A stretch of DNA of 64,000 nt, from positions 128,001-192,000 of IMG/VR virus record IMGVR_UViG_3300049141_000098; one strand, 5' to 3'. The DNA is from a virus (taxonomy: Duplodnaviria; Caudoviricetes). The notes under the pieces are model-generated. The model did no database searches. It was given only the letters and a program-made list of their open reading frames with translations, and was not told the DNA's origin. The position numbers and the translations under genes are program-made. How positions within the stretch are numbered: position 1 is the stretch's first letter; the number at the start of each line of letters is the position of its first letter. Shown here piece by piece: positions 23,849-33,202 of this stretch.

Positions 23849-24957
23849 TACGCAACCTTCTCCTGGTGGAACTTACGGACGTCGTCAGCACGCCAGACCT
23901 CAGGCAGGTCGGAGTGCTCGGACACCGAGCGAAGCTGAGACAGCTCCGTGATGCCCGGCCCTTCCCTGCGCTCCTCCCACATGCGGTAGTCCAGCCAGAT
24001 CTGCATGGCTCGGCGCACGTGCCCCACCTGCTGGCGCCGTTCGAGGTCAGTGACCGACTTGCTGCCTCCACTGCGCACCAGGTACAGCTTGCGAAGCAGG
24101 AACCTCGGGTCCTTGCCCTTGTCTCCGATGCTGGGGAAGCCTTCGCTGTAGCCCGGCTTCAGGCCGCTGAGGAAAGACTGGACGTGATACACGTCGGCCC
24201 CGGCGGCGAGAGCCATCATCGTGGACGCAGCGAGCGCGCTGAGCGGGATCCTGCTGGCCGCAGCCTGGACCACTTCCCGCATCCAGCTTCCGCCGTTCTC
24301 CCAACTCTCATGGAAGAACGGCCAGTCGTGCACCAGGTCGTAGATTTCTTGGTTGGTCGCGTCGGAGATCTGCCACTCGCTCTTCTCGACCCCGTAGATC
24401 ACCGGCAGGATGAGCTTGGCCGCCGCAGCGCAATAGTGCGCATACGGGACATCTCCGAGAAGCTGGCCCGCGTTGCGTCCACGGTTGGTATCCGTAACCG
24501 CGAACGTATCCCACTGCCCGTTCACCGTGACGGGAACCCAGATGGACTTCTTGGCCAGGAACGCTGCGGCGGCCCGGTGCTGTCCGTCCAGCAGGAAGCC
24601 TTCGCGCGTGAAGACCATAGGTGAAGCGATGCGAGGGTTCCATTCGTCGTCCTGGATGGTCCGGATCAGACCCTTGTTGTTGCGGGAACCCTTGAGGGCG
24701 GCCATCAGGAACGACCGATTGCTGGTCATCTTGTCGTGCTTGAGGCGCTTCGGCATCACGCCGAGCCGGATCACTCGGTACCTGAGGATGTCCCCAGCCA
24801 TCTCTGGCGTGATTTCCTGCGCCTTGTGAGGGAAGGGCATGTCCTTCGGGTGACCCCGGGGAATCTCAGGGAGCGGGAACTTGGACTTGCGGGGATCGGA
24901 GACGAACTCGAACCCGAGCACCTTCTCGATCGCACTTCCGGCGTCATCATGCGCCAC
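23848..24957 (-). CDS. ParB/Srx N-terminal-domain protein
   Basis: ITPEMAGDIL, NR, EWNP, GFLLDGQHR motifs; RBS GGAAAGGAG before GTG 24957. Confidence 0.75.
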   Translation of the reverse strand: MAHDDAGSAIEKVLGFEFVSDPRKSKFPLPEIPRGHPKDMPFPHKAQEITPEMAGDILRYRVIRLGVMPKRLKHDKMTSNRSFLMAALKGSRNNKGLIRTIQDDEWNPRIASPMVFTREGFLLDGQHRAAAAFLAKKSIWVPVTVNGQWDTFAVTDTNRGRNAGQLLGDVPYAHYCAAAAKLILPVIYGVEKSEWQISDATNQEIYDLVHDWPFFHESWENGGSWMREVVQAAASRIPLSALAASTMMALAAGADVYHVQSFLSGLKPGYSEGFPSIGDKGKDPRFLLRKLYLVRSGGSKSVTDLERRQQVGHVRRAMQIWLDYRMWEERREGPGITELSQLRSVSEHSDLPEVWRADDVRKFHQEKVA

Positions 24958-25123
24958 GTGTATCTCCTTTCCAAGAACACTACTTGAATCAAACATCGTT
25001 ACGGCGGGCGCCGTCAACACCGTCGTCTTTGCGGTGTTGACGGCCGTGATGCTCTAGTCCAGAATCCGGTCCACGATCTTGCCGAAGGCGTTGCCGATCA
25101 TGTCGCCAGCCCCCTCCGCCAGG

Positions 25124-25309
25124 TCACTGATGCGCCCACCCAGCCTCGACTGCCTGCCCCTCCGCCCCGGGTCTCGTCCGGGGCGGAGGGGAATCGCCGT
25201 GATCCTTCTGGTGGGCGGCAAGAGCGAAGTCCGCAAGCTTGTCATCCATGTCGAACGGCTTGCCGCAGACAGGGCAGTGGTAGATGTTCTCGCCCTCGCC
25301 CTCGCTCAC
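25124..25309 (-). CDS. Small C2H2-like protein
   Basis: CPVC...HQKDH; GTGA overlap. Confidence 0.55.
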   Translation of the reverse strand: MSEGEGENIYHCPVCGKPFDMDDKLADFALAAHQKDHGDSPPPRTRPGAEGQAVEAGWAHQ

Positions 25310-25764
25310 GCCTCCCCCGCCCCTTCGGAGGCGCCCTGATTCGTGAGACCGGCCTGGCGGATGATGTGCCGAGCCAGGCGAACCGTCTCGGGTCCGCCCA
25401 CGCGATTCAGCAGATCCAGGTTCATGCGGCCCACTCGGGACAGGGACTTGAAGACGTCCGACAGCAGCGCCGCAGTCCCCGGATCCCTCATGAGTCGGTC
25501 CGACTCCCCGCAGAGCAGCAGTGCCGCCTTCTCCAGGTCGCTCTGGCCGGACTCACCGACAGGTCGCTCCAGATCCACGAGGCCGGTTAGGCCGTGGGGT
25601 TCGGGACGGCGCCAGACGCCGTCATCCCCCTTCTCGAACTCGGAAATGCACACCCAGTTCCCGCTGTAGAGCTTTGTACCGTGGTCGTCGCTGAAGCCGT
25701 CAATCGTCGTCCGACGCCCTCGGTCGATCAGCGGGTCACCCTTCGTGGGCTCAGGCCGGTCCAT
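25306..25764 (-). CDS. Hypothetical protein
   Basis: RBS GGAAAGGGGAGG. Confidence 0.7.
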   Translation of the reverse strand: MDRPEPTKGDPLIDRGRRTTIDGFSDDHGTKLYSGNWVCISEFEKGDDGVWRRPEPHGLTGLVDLERPVGESGQSDLEKAALLLCGESDRLMRDPGTAALLSDVFKSLSRVGRMNLDLLNRVGGPETVRLARHIIRQAGLTNQGASEGAGEA

Positions 25765-25813
25765 GTCCCTCCCCTTTCCGTTTCGCTCAGTCGTGGCGGT
25801 ATGAGCACAGATG

Positions 25814-26146
25814 TCAGGCGGTCAGGCCGAGGCGTACGTATTGCCAGTTGACCTGGCCAAACGCCTCAAGGACCGACAGGGTGTCATCGTGATCGGCAAG
25901 CGCGCCGGATACCTTGTCGAGAAGGCGAACCGCGTCACGCGTGAGACGACGGCGCTCTTCGGAGGAAAGAGAGGTGCGGTCGAAGAGCAGCCGCGTGAGG
26001 TACACCCTCACCTCTTCGCCGGTTTCGTCCAGCTTCGCGTAGTTGCAGGCGGTATCGAAGAACCTGGAGTCGTTCTCGATCCAGACGGAGATGCTGTGAG
26101 TCGGCCAGTTCTGCCCATCGTACGGACCCTCGTTCGGGTTGGTCAT
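25814..26146 (-). CDS. Hypothetical phage protein (NWxT...W..ND...VNW pattern)
   Basis: RBS GGAAAGGAAG; ORF. Confidence 0.65.
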   Translation of the reverse strand: MTNPNEGPYDGQNWPTHSISVWIENDSRFFDTACNYAKLDETGEEVRVYLTRLLFDRTSLSSEERRRLTRDAVRLLDKVSGALADHDDTLSVLEAFGQVNWQYVRLGLTA

Positions 26147-26214
26147 ACCCTTCTTCCTTTCCGATTCCGGCGCCCTTCCGGGCGCCCTCCAGTCCTCTTC
26201 GAGCGGCTTCCAGG

Positions 26215-26248
26215 GGGCTTCCAGGTTGGAATTCCAACCTGGAAGCCC
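26215..26248. repeat. Perfect 34-bp palindrome without spacer
   Basis: GGGCTTCCAGGTTGGAA-TTCCAACCTGGAAGCCC. Confidence 0.95.
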
Positions 26249-26256
26249 AGGTCAGG

Positions 26257-26613
26257 TCACCTCTGCGGGTCCCAAGCGGTACTGCTCTTGTGACAGTCCA
26301 CGTACGCCTGCGGCGACCAGTCCTCTTCGGAGAGGAAGCCAATCTCCTTCTGGCGCTGAACCCACATCAGGTAGTGGGCTCGCCAGTTGCCGACGATCGC
26401 CCACTGGTGATCTGGCCAGTCGTGCTCGATGCTTCGCTTGTGACCTTCGGCGGACCGCCACGGGTTGGGCCGGTCGTCGGTCTCCTCGAAGTACGAGTTC
26501 ATGAGGCCGCCCCTGCGGGGCAGGTCGTCCTCCAGCAGAACGGCGAGGAGCTGCACCTTGCCAGGAACGGTGCCGTTCACATCGGCGAGAGTCGGCTTAC
26601 CCTTCGGCTGCAT
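26257..26613 (-). CDS. Hypothetical protein
   Basis: RBS before ATG 26613. Confidence 0.65.
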   Translation of the reverse strand: MQPKGKPTLADVNGTVPGKVQLLAVLLEDDLPRRGGLMNSYFEETDDRPNPWRSAEGHKRSIEHDWPDHQWAIVGNWRAHYLMWVQRQKEIGFLSEEDWSPQAYVDCHKSSTAWDPQR

Positions 26614-26782
26614 GGCTGTCCTTCTCTCCACTCAGGCCTGTCATCACGGGCGTCCAGCTCTTGACGCCCTTCACGGTCGGCGCCTCTGCCAGCGCCTTCC
26701 GGTTCGCCTCCTGGGCGGAACCGGCTTCCACGAACACCTCTGCTGAGGCGTGCCCGTGCAGAACAACTCGGTACAGCGACAT
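26597..26782 (-). CDS. Hypothetical protein
   Basis: RBS GGAGAGGAGAGG. Confidence 0.55.
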   Translation of the reverse strand: MSLYRVVLHGHASAEVFVEAGSAQEANRKALAEAPTVKGVKSWTPVMTGLSGEKDSHAAEG

Positions 26783-26807
26783 CAGATCCTCTCCTCTCCG
26801 TAACTGC

Positions 26808-27494
26808 TCACCGCCCTTGCAGCGTCTTCCTTCGGCAGCGCTCGACGGCTGCCCTCAGACGCTTCTCGGAGACGCCCTGCTCCTTCGGGAGCCCTCTTTC
26901 GTAGGCCTGAGCTAGCTGCTCATCCCGGGTTCCATCGGGCGGCGCAAACAGGGGTTCGCCCGGGTCGTCCCTCAATTCCGCCAGGCCGTTGGCGATCGTC
27001 CAGGCGACCAAGGGGCGATACCCCTCCAGGCGGTCGTATGCGTCGTCCCAGTCCTCGGCGACGAGCTGAGCCGTCAGCTCCAGGAATGGGAAGGCATGCG
27101 CGATCCGTCGCCAATCATCGTTCACTTCACCGACTTTGGGCCACTTCCCGAGCAGAGCCATTCCTGGGCAGTGCACCTGACCGCCCCAGCTCACCCACCC
27201 GTGTGGACCGTCCACGCTGAACGAGGCGATCTGATCGTTGTAAACGTAGTGAGGGTCAAGGGCGCCGAGGCCTTCGGCCACCGCGTCCCACTCGTCGTAC
27301 CAGCCATCATCACCCAGCTTCGAGGTCACGCCGAACGCGCGACGCACCATCGAGTTGACCTTGCGCTCATTGCAGGTCACTCCCCCATGGAACGACGTGG
27401 TACGGAGGATGACCAGGTCAGCCTGCTCCGGTCGGATGTTCTTGCCTCGCACTATCAGACGCGGCCACTTCGGTAGTTTCACTTCGTACGACAT
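26808..27494 (-). CDS. Hypothetical protein, paralog of 43387-44109
   Basis: LPKWP...ILRT...GWVSWGG...KWP...HAFPFLELTAQL shared with the paralog. Confidence 0.75.
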   Translation of the reverse strand: MSYEVKLPKWPRLIVRGKNIRPEQADLVILRTTSFHGGVTCNERKVNSMVRRAFGVTSKLGDDGWYDEWDAVAEGLGALDPHYVYNDQIASFSVDGPHGWVSWGGQVHCPGMALLGKWPKVGEVNDDWRRIAHAFPFLELTAQLVAEDWDDAYDRLEGYRPLVAWTIANGLAELRDDPGEPLFAPPDGTRDEQLAQAYERGLPKEQGVSEKRLRAAVERCRRKTLQGR

Positions 27495-27505
27495 GAGCCC
27501 TCCTC

Positions 27506-27874
27506 CTACAGCTCGCCTTCGAGCACGGCCAGGATCTTCTCCAGGACGGGGACGGGCTGCTTCTTGCGCCAGACCTCGACACCGTGAGCCCGCAGGGCGG
27601 CCTCGACTTCATCGCGGGTCTGCTCCAGCTTCCAGTCCTCCGGTTTCCACAGCTCGCTGTGGCCGTAGCCGTCGTTGATGATGCCGTTTTCGATCCTGTA
27701 CGCGTGAGTCCCGAACTCCGGCTTGCCTTCCTGCTTCAGGACGTGCACGAGCTTGGTGCCGACCTTGTGCACGATGCGGGTGCGCGGCTTCTGGTCCCGA
27801 GCCTTGCGCTGGAGGTCGCTCCGGTCCACGAGCAGCAGCTCATCCCCCGGCTGGACGCCCTTCAGGCTTCCCAT
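27506..27874 (-). CDS. Hypothetical small beta-rich protein
   Basis: ORF with RBS. Confidence 0.7.
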   Translation of the reverse strand: MGSLKGVQPGDELLLVDRSDLQRKARDQKPRTRIVHKVGTKLVHVLKQEGKPEFGTHAYRIENGIINDGYGHSELWKPEDWKLEQTRDEVEAALRAHGVEVWRKKQPVPVLEKILAVLEGEL

Positions 27875-28158
27875 CGCTCCCCCAGCAGGTCATCGATCTT
27901 GTCGTGGAATGAACGGTGCGCATTCAGGTGCACTACGGAATCTTCGTGGTGTGTTCCGTCGTGTAGGACGAGGGCGCCACACTCCTTGCAGGAGGTCACG
28001 GCCCAGCCGCTGGGATATGACTCCACGCCCTCGAAGCCACCCCGCGCCGAAGGCTCCAGCGCTTCTGTGAACCATTCGTTGAACCACAAGCTGAAGCAGT
28101 GCCGCGCCCCCAACTTGGGGTCGACCCGTTTCTCGCTCCAGGTCGTGTCATGGAGCAT
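27862..28158 (-). CDS. Hypothetical protein (CKEC motif)
   Basis: ORF with RBS GAGGAGG. Confidence 0.6.
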   Translation of the reverse strand: MLHDTTWSEKRVDPKLGARHCFSLWFNEWFTEALEPSARGGFEGVESYPSGWAVTSCKECGALVLHDGTHHEDSVVHLNAHRSFHDKIDDLLGERWEA

Positions 28159-28167
28159 GTCGCCTCC

Positions 28168-28503
28168 TCAGAAGCCCTGGCTGATCCAGCGCACGCCATA
28201 CAGGCCGGACTGGACATTCTGGCCGGTGTGCTCGACGAGCACCCGGTAGTGCCACTTGCAGTGCCTGCACTGCTCCGACCAACCGCCTTGCCTCTTGGCC
28301 AGATCGGACGTGATGCCGTTGAAGCTCAGGCGCCGGGTGTGAGTGACGCAGCAGGGGGAGGTGGTGATGATCCTCGGCTCGTCACTGAAGGCAGCCTCCA
28401 GGATGGCAGGGCGAACCACCGCCACACCCTTCCGGCTGGCGCTGTAGTTGTCGTACTCCTCGCCGATCAGGTAGACGTCCTTGCGTTCGGTCACGTTGTT
28501 CAC
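28168..28503 (-). CDS. Hypothetical Zn-binding protein
   Basis: RBS GGAAAGGG before GTG; CC...CRHC; ORF track extends it to 28671. Confidence 0.6.
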   Translation of the reverse strand: MNNVTERKDVYLIGEEYDNYSASRKGVAVVRPAILEAAFSDEPRIITTSPCCVTHTRRLSFNGITSDLAKRQGGWSEQCRHCKWHYRVLVEHTGQNVQSGLYGVRWISQGF

Positions 28504-28755
28504 CCTTTCCGATTCGTCAAGTCGGGAGCTAGCAGCCTTTACAGTGCTCCCAGTCGCCACGCTGGACGCGCGGGCAATGCTCCTTGCAGTGCACGCGGAT
28601 GCGTTCACCGTCATAGTCTTCTCGCACTTCACAGGCACACCCCGGATCGTTCTCTCTCTCCATGGGGTCACCCCTTTCCGAGCCCTTCACTGACGGCCAT
28701 CGTCAGGCGCAGCGTCACTGCGCGACCGGGCTGGCTGCCCGGTTTCGGCCTCGGG

Positions 28756-29139
28756 TCAGTCGCTCTTGGAGTCGATCTCGGCCACGCGTTTGGCCAGTCG
28801 AGTCACCTGGGTACGCGCATCCCTGACGGCTTCGTCGAGGACGTAGAGCAGTCCCTCACGCATCTGGTGGGGCGAGGTGATGTCGGCGCCATGCTCGACG
28901 CTTGCCAGTTCGACGCCATCCAGGGATACCGTGCCAACGAGGATCACGTCCTTGCTGCTGAACTCCAGGGCTTGGATGGCGCCCCGGTAGTACGGGACGT
29001 CGTCCTGCGTGGCCTGTCGGATGAGTACGTTGACCACGAAGCCCTTGTGCAAGAAGCGGGCTCGGCCGTCGATATCCCATCGGAAGCCGGGGTCGAGGTC
29101 CGGGCTCGGATGTAGCTGGCGCCAGCGCTGATCGGTCAC
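28756..29139 (-). CDS. Hypothetical protein
   Basis: GTGA-coupled ORF. Confidence 0.65.
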   Translation of the reverse strand: MTDQRWRQLHPSPDLDPGFRWDIDGRARFLHKGFVVNVLIRQATQDDVPYYRGAIQALEFSSKDVILVGTVSLDGVELASVEHGADITSPHQMREGLLYVLDEAVRDARTQVTRLAKRVAEIDSKSD

Positions 29140-29456
29140 GACGCTTCCTCGCTGCCTTGGGGTACGGCCTTCCGCCCCTTTTCGGTGACGACCTTGTGGT
29201 TGTCCGGATCGAAGATCACGTAGTAGTAGTGCTCGTCCTCGCCGACGATCCAGCCGAGGACGTAGCGGCCGTCGTCCTTCTGGTGATCCTTGTCCAGTTC
29301 GCCCGCCAGGGACGTGAGACCGGACATGACGAACGTCCGATACCAGGCGTCTCGGGCGCGGTCTCGGGCCTCCTCGGGCGCTGTGTAGCCGTCGTACAGG
29401 TCGGTGGAGTCAACCACCAGCTTCTCGTAGTCGTTCGCCTGCTCGGTGCTGCTCAC
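29136..29456 (-). CDS. Hypothetical acidic protein
   Basis: RBS GGAAAGGGG. Confidence 0.7.
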   Translation of the reverse strand: MSSTEQANDYEKLVVDSTDLYDGYTAPEEARDRARDAWYRTFVMSGLTSLAGELDKDHQKDDGRYVLGWIVGEDEHYYYVIFDPDNHKVVTEKGRKAVPQGSEEAS

Positions 29457-29794
29457 GCTCGTCCCCCTTTCCGCAGTTCCTCTTGAATCTCATCGGACGG
29501 CTCGATGTGAACGTCTCCTCCCGCGTCCCGGTTGGCCGCGAGGGGCATCCGGACCAGTTCCGTCATCGTCCACTGTGAGCCGATCGCCAACGGAAGCCCT
29601 TTCGAGTTCTCGTGGACGGGCACTCCGTCGGCGTCGTAGACGGTCCACACCCACGCCCCCAGAGCTGACCTGTTCCAGCCGGAGTACGAGCCTGCGGCGC
29701 GACCCAGCCAGGCGCCCTCCGGAATATCCAGGTCGGGAAACGCCTGCCGGATCTTCTCCAGCAGGCGCTCCGACACCTTCCGCCGAACCGTCAT
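29453..29794 (-). CDS. Hypothetical protein
   Basis: ATGA-coupled. Confidence 0.6.
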   Translation of the reverse strand: MTVRRKVSERLLEKIRQAFPDLDIPEGAWLGRAAGSYSGWNRSALGAWVWTVYDADGVPVHENSKGLPLAIGSQWTMTELVRMPLAANRDAGGDVHIEPSDEIQEELRKGGRA

Positions 29795-30123
29795 GACCGA
29801 GGGCGGCGTCCCATGGACGCAATCTCCTGGAGCATCTGCTCCTTCTCGGCCAGGATCTTCGCCCGGTCGAGGCCGAAGTGCTCGTAGATGAGGCGCGTCA
29901 GCTCCTCTCCTCGCACCGCTTGCACCGCAGTGCACTCTTCGGTGCCCTCGAAGACGGCAGCGCGCGTGGTCACCGTCTTGCCAAACTCGATGTCCCTGTC
30001 CTGTGCGAACTCCACGAAGGCGCGGATCGCATCGATCTGCCCGAGCACTTCGCGCTGCTTCTGGTGCTCTGGGTAGCGACTCGCAGGCCCCGTAGTGATG
30101 TCCACGTAGGCAGCCTCACTCAT
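29791..30123 (-). CDS. Hypothetical protein
   Basis: RBS GGAAAGGAG. Confidence 0.65.
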   Translation of the reverse strand: MSEAAYVDITTGPASRYPEHQKQREVLGQIDAIRAFVEFAQDRDIEFGKTVTTRAAVFEGTEECTAVQAVRGEELTRLIYEHFGLDRAKILAEKEQMLQEIASMGRRPRS

Positions 30124-30158
30124 GGCTCTCTTCTCCTTTCCGTTAGGTGTCGCTTGGG

Positions 30159-30518
30159 TCAGCGATTCACGGCCGTGATGTGGCCGTAGCCGCTGATCCT
30201 TACCTCGATCCCAGCAGCATCCAGAGCAGCCCGGGTCTGCTGAATGAGGGCGTCACGCTCACCCTGTCGCACCTCGTCCGGGACGCCAGTGCGCCCGATG
30301 ATCGCGATGTCGATGACCTTGCCGCCCTCTTTCACTGCCGTCGGGAAGCTGTAGCCGGAATGAGTGCAGTAGAACCCCAGTTCGTCATCCCATCCGGTCT
30401 CGGCCTGTGGCACGTGTGCTGCGCTGAGGGCCTCGACCACATTGCTCCGGAAGAGCACACCCTTTGTGGCGACAGTCCGCATCATGCGCTCCGATGCCGC
30501 TTCGTACTCGTTGTTCAC
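30159..30518 (-). CDS. Hypothetical protein
   Basis: RBS GAAAAGGGGAGAGGGG before GTG 30518. Confidence 0.65.
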   Translation of the reverse strand: MNNEYEAASERMMRTVATKGVLFRSNVVEALSAAHVPQAETGWDDELGFYCTHSGYSFPTAVKEGGKVIDIAIIGRTGVPDEVRQGERDALIQQTRAALDAAGIEVRISGYGHITAVNR

Positions 30519-30537
30519 GTCCCCTCTCCCCTTTTCG

Positions 30538-30885
30538 CTACAGGTACGTTGAGCCTGACCGCTGGTCGTTGCGGGCCTGATCCATCTGCTCCTCCTTGCT
30601 GAAGGGGCGGAACAGCCAAGCGGCAGCGAAGACAGCGGCGAAGGCGCAGCCCAAGACAACGGAACCGGTCAGGTTGGACAACTCGTCAGCGTGAGGGCTC
30701 TTGTCGGTAGCGAACGCGACGTACACCACCACCTGCAAGACACCGAAGGCAATGGCCGCCTTGATGTCGCCGCCCTTCTTCGTCTTCAGCGCTCGCCAGG
30801 CGAACGGCACCGCCAGCAGCAGTCCGGCCGAGAGGAACGGAATGAGTGCCGCGACGATCTGAGCCTTGCGAGTGTTCAGTCCCAT
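30538..30885 (-). CDS. Membrane protein, about 3 TM helices
   Basis: Three hydrophobic segments. Confidence 0.7.
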   Translation of the reverse strand: MGLNTRKAQIVAALIPFLSAGLLLAVPFAWRALKTKKGGDIKAAIAFGVLQVVVYVAFATDKSPHADELSNLTGSVVLGCAFAAVFAAAWLFRPFSKEEQMDQARNDQRSGSTYL

Positions 30886-30999
30886 CACAGGGACCCCCCT
30901 TGAGTGTTCGCTGATTCTGGCGACGCGCGATCCAACGTCGTGCGCCGCCATGACATTCTGGCGTGAATTCAGCCCGAGGTAGGGCCGATCTCGCCTGGT

Positions 31000-31377
31000 T
31001 CAGGCTGGATCGACCCGAGGAGTGCGCGCGAAGTCCTTCAGGTCCGGTTGCGTTGCACCGTATGTTCGATCCCAGTAGGAACGAGGGGCGCTGTGCTGTA
31101 CGTACATCCAGACCCGGACGTTCGCGTAGATGACGGCCGTGAGGTCAACCAGTCCCGCGCAGACGACGCCATCCTGATCGAGGACGATCGCGTCCTCAGG
31201 GCTTGCCTTCCAGAGGCCCGCGCGCATCTCCTGGACGAGGTCGACGATGATGCCGCTGTCCCTCAGCCGCGTCTCCACGAACTCAAGAGGCACACCGGCC
31301 AGCCATCGTGCGGCCGTAGCAGGATCCACCAGCTCCCGGACCGCCTCGGCTCCCTCGCACATCTCGCCCTCACTCAT
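31000..31377 (-). CDS. Hypothetical protein
   Basis: ORF overlapping the upstream stop. Confidence 0.6.
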   Translation of the reverse strand: MSEGEMCEGAEAVRELVDPATAARWLAGVPLEFVETRLRDSGIIVDLVQEMRAGLWKASPEDAIVLDQDGVVCAGLVDLTAVIYANVRVWMYVQHSAPRSYWDRTYGATQPDLKDFARTPRVDPA

Positions 31378-31657
31378 CTCGGGCGAGAAGGGGACGTACC
31401 TCGCGCCCGGTTGGCGATCCAGGCTGCCATCCTGGAGGGTCGTCGTCGCGCAGCAACGCGCCAGCCAGGAGGCCAGCCAGCCGCAGCCGGAAGATTTCCT
31501 CCCAGTCCTCGGTGTCGTACTGCGTCAGCACGTCCTCGGGGGCGTACAGAACCGGTACGCCGAGGATCTCCAGTGCGACCACCGGGTTGCCCTTGCGGTC
31601 GGTCGTCTCACCGACCTGGATCAAGTCCTGGATCTCACGTACGTTGATCGATGCCAT
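31370..31657 (-). CDS. Hypothetical protein
   Basis: RBS GAGGAGAAGGGG. Confidence 0.65.
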   Translation of the reverse strand: MASINVREIQDLIQVGETTDRKGNPVVALEILGVPVLYAPEDVLTQYDTEDWEEIFRLRLAGLLAGALLRDDDPPGWQPGSPTGREVRPLLARDE

Positions 31658-31729
31658 CCCCTTCTCCTCTCCCTGTGCGGCCCGGCGGTCAGCGCGTGAA
31701 GTCTGCGCCGCCGGGCCGTCGTTGTGTAC

Positions 31730-32227
31730 TTACTGCCAGTCCGACGGGTGCTCGAATCCTGCCGTCAGGCTCTCGTCCAGCAGGGTGAAACCGTCGATGA
31801 ATGACCGAAAGTCCGGCGGGATCCGGTCGCCCTGATGGTGTTGCGCAAGATCCCGCAGGCTCACGAGGATCTTGTCGATCTGCTGCCGAGTGAGACCCTC
31901 GGTCTGCCCCTCGCGCAACTCCCGCTGAACTCTTCCCACCACCATGGCCGCGTCACTTCGCTTGCCGTTGTGTGCGACATCGACCCGGCCTGCGTAGGGC
32001 TTCCAGGTGAAGTCGGCGCCGAAGCTGCGCGCGGCCAGCGTGATGACGCCGTACTCGCCGCCCGTATCGATCCCGAGGTGGCCACTGCCGTCCTTGGCTG
32101 GAACCTCCGTCACCCTCCCCTTCCAGGTAGGGGGCTGTCGGTTCGTTCGCCGCTCTCGCAGGGACTCGCTCATTACCTCCTGAACCAGGATCGTGTCGCC
32201 AAGCGACGGCCACGCCTTCTCGCTCAC
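31730..32227 (-). CDS. Hypothetical protein
   Basis: RBS GGAGGGAGAAGAGGG. Confidence 0.65.
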   Translation of the reverse strand: MSEKAWPSLGDTILVQEVMSESLRERRTNRQPPTWKGRVTEVPAKDGSGHLGIDTGGEYGVITLAARSFGADFTWKPYAGRVDVAHNGKRSDAAMVVGRVQRELREGQTEGLTRQQIDKILVSLRDLAQHHQGDRIPPDFRSFIDGFTLLDESLTAGFEHPSDWQ

Positions 32228-32245
32228 CCTCTTCTCCCTCCTTGC

Positions 32246-32551
32246 TCAGTAGAACTCGGGGAACTTGCGGCGGACCAGATCGGCCGCCCACTGCCGCAGA
32301 GCGTCCTGGAAGTCGTCGTCGTCCACGTCGTCCGTCCACCAGTGCCGATCGTCGGCTCGATACCGCAGGCAATCGTCCACGAGTTCGAGGATCTTCTGCT
32401 TCGACAGCTCCGGGAGCGATCCGTCATCGGCGAGATCGTGGTCCCGGTACTTCAGACAGAGAATGCTTTCGAAGTCTTCCGCTCCCAGACGGAAGGTCAC
32501 CCGACGGTCGATCCTCTTCTTTCCGTCCCCTGACAGGGTCGGCTTCAGCAT
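32246..32551 (-). CDS. Hypothetical acidic protein
   Basis: ORF with RBS. Confidence 0.65.
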   Translation of the reverse strand: MLKPTLSGDGKKRIDRRVTFRLGAEDFESILCLKYRDHDLADDGSLPELSKQKILELVDDCLRYRADDRHWWTDDVDDDDFQDALRQWAADLVRRKFPEFY

Positions 32552-32552
32552 G

Positions 32553-32813
32553 TCAGGCGTCCTTACTCTCTAGATCCATCACCATCCGAAGCAGGTCGCC
32601 CCAGCGGGCCGGGCTGGTCAGTGCGTCCTGCATGACGAGGACGGTGACGAACCGGTACGCCGTGCGGTTGGAATGACCAGCCCGTGCGGCGAACGCGATG
32701 GCGGCGACGATGCCCTCGCTGCCGACGACGAGATGCCGCATGCCGTCGATGGATGTCAGAGTCAGCGGCAGCATGCCGCACCCATCACACTTCTCCTGGG
32801 TTGTCTCGTTCAC
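32553..32813 (-). CDS. Hypothetical protein
   Basis: GTG 32813 with RBS. Confidence 0.6.
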   Translation of the reverse strand: MNETTQEKCDGCGMLPLTLTSIDGMRHLVVGSEGIVAAIAFAARAGHSNRTAYRFVTVLVMQDALTSPARWGDLLRMVMDLESKDA

Positions 32814-32827
32814 CGGCGTCGCCCCTT

Positions 32828-33202
32828 CTAGTCCCGGCCGCAGGTGCAGGCGTTCGGCTCGCTGACCTGGAAACCGAACCGACGACCCGCCTCGTCGTAC
32901 CCCTCCTTGTAGAGGTCGTCGCCCTCGCACTCCGGGGAGTGACCGGCCCTCACGTGGCGCTGCTTTGCCTGGAAGTTGCAGGCGCTGGCCTTGATGTAGG
33001 GCTCATCCGCTGTCGCCCGCTGACTCTCGGAGTAGGCACCGGCCGTGACGACCTCGATGCAGAGGTTGTAGAAGGCGCCATCGGACAGGTCCGGCAGCTT
33101 CTGTGCCCACGCTCGAATGCGGTACTGCTCAGCCTCCGTCGCCTTCTCGAAGTCGTGCATGGCGCCCGGCCCGATCAGGTCGGACAGTGTCTCGTCAGTC
33201 AT
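32828..33202 (-). CDS. Hypothetical protein, tandem paralog of 33195-33590
   Basis: Shared IRxW...RH..AGH...C.GD.LY..GY...CTCG. Confidence 0.7.
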   Translation of the reverse strand: MTDETLSDLIGPGAMHDFEKATEAEQYRIRAWAQKLPDLSDGAFYNLCIEVVTAGAYSESQRATADEPYIKASACNFQAKQRHVRAGHSPECEGDDLYKEGYDEAGRRFGFQVSEPNACTCGRD

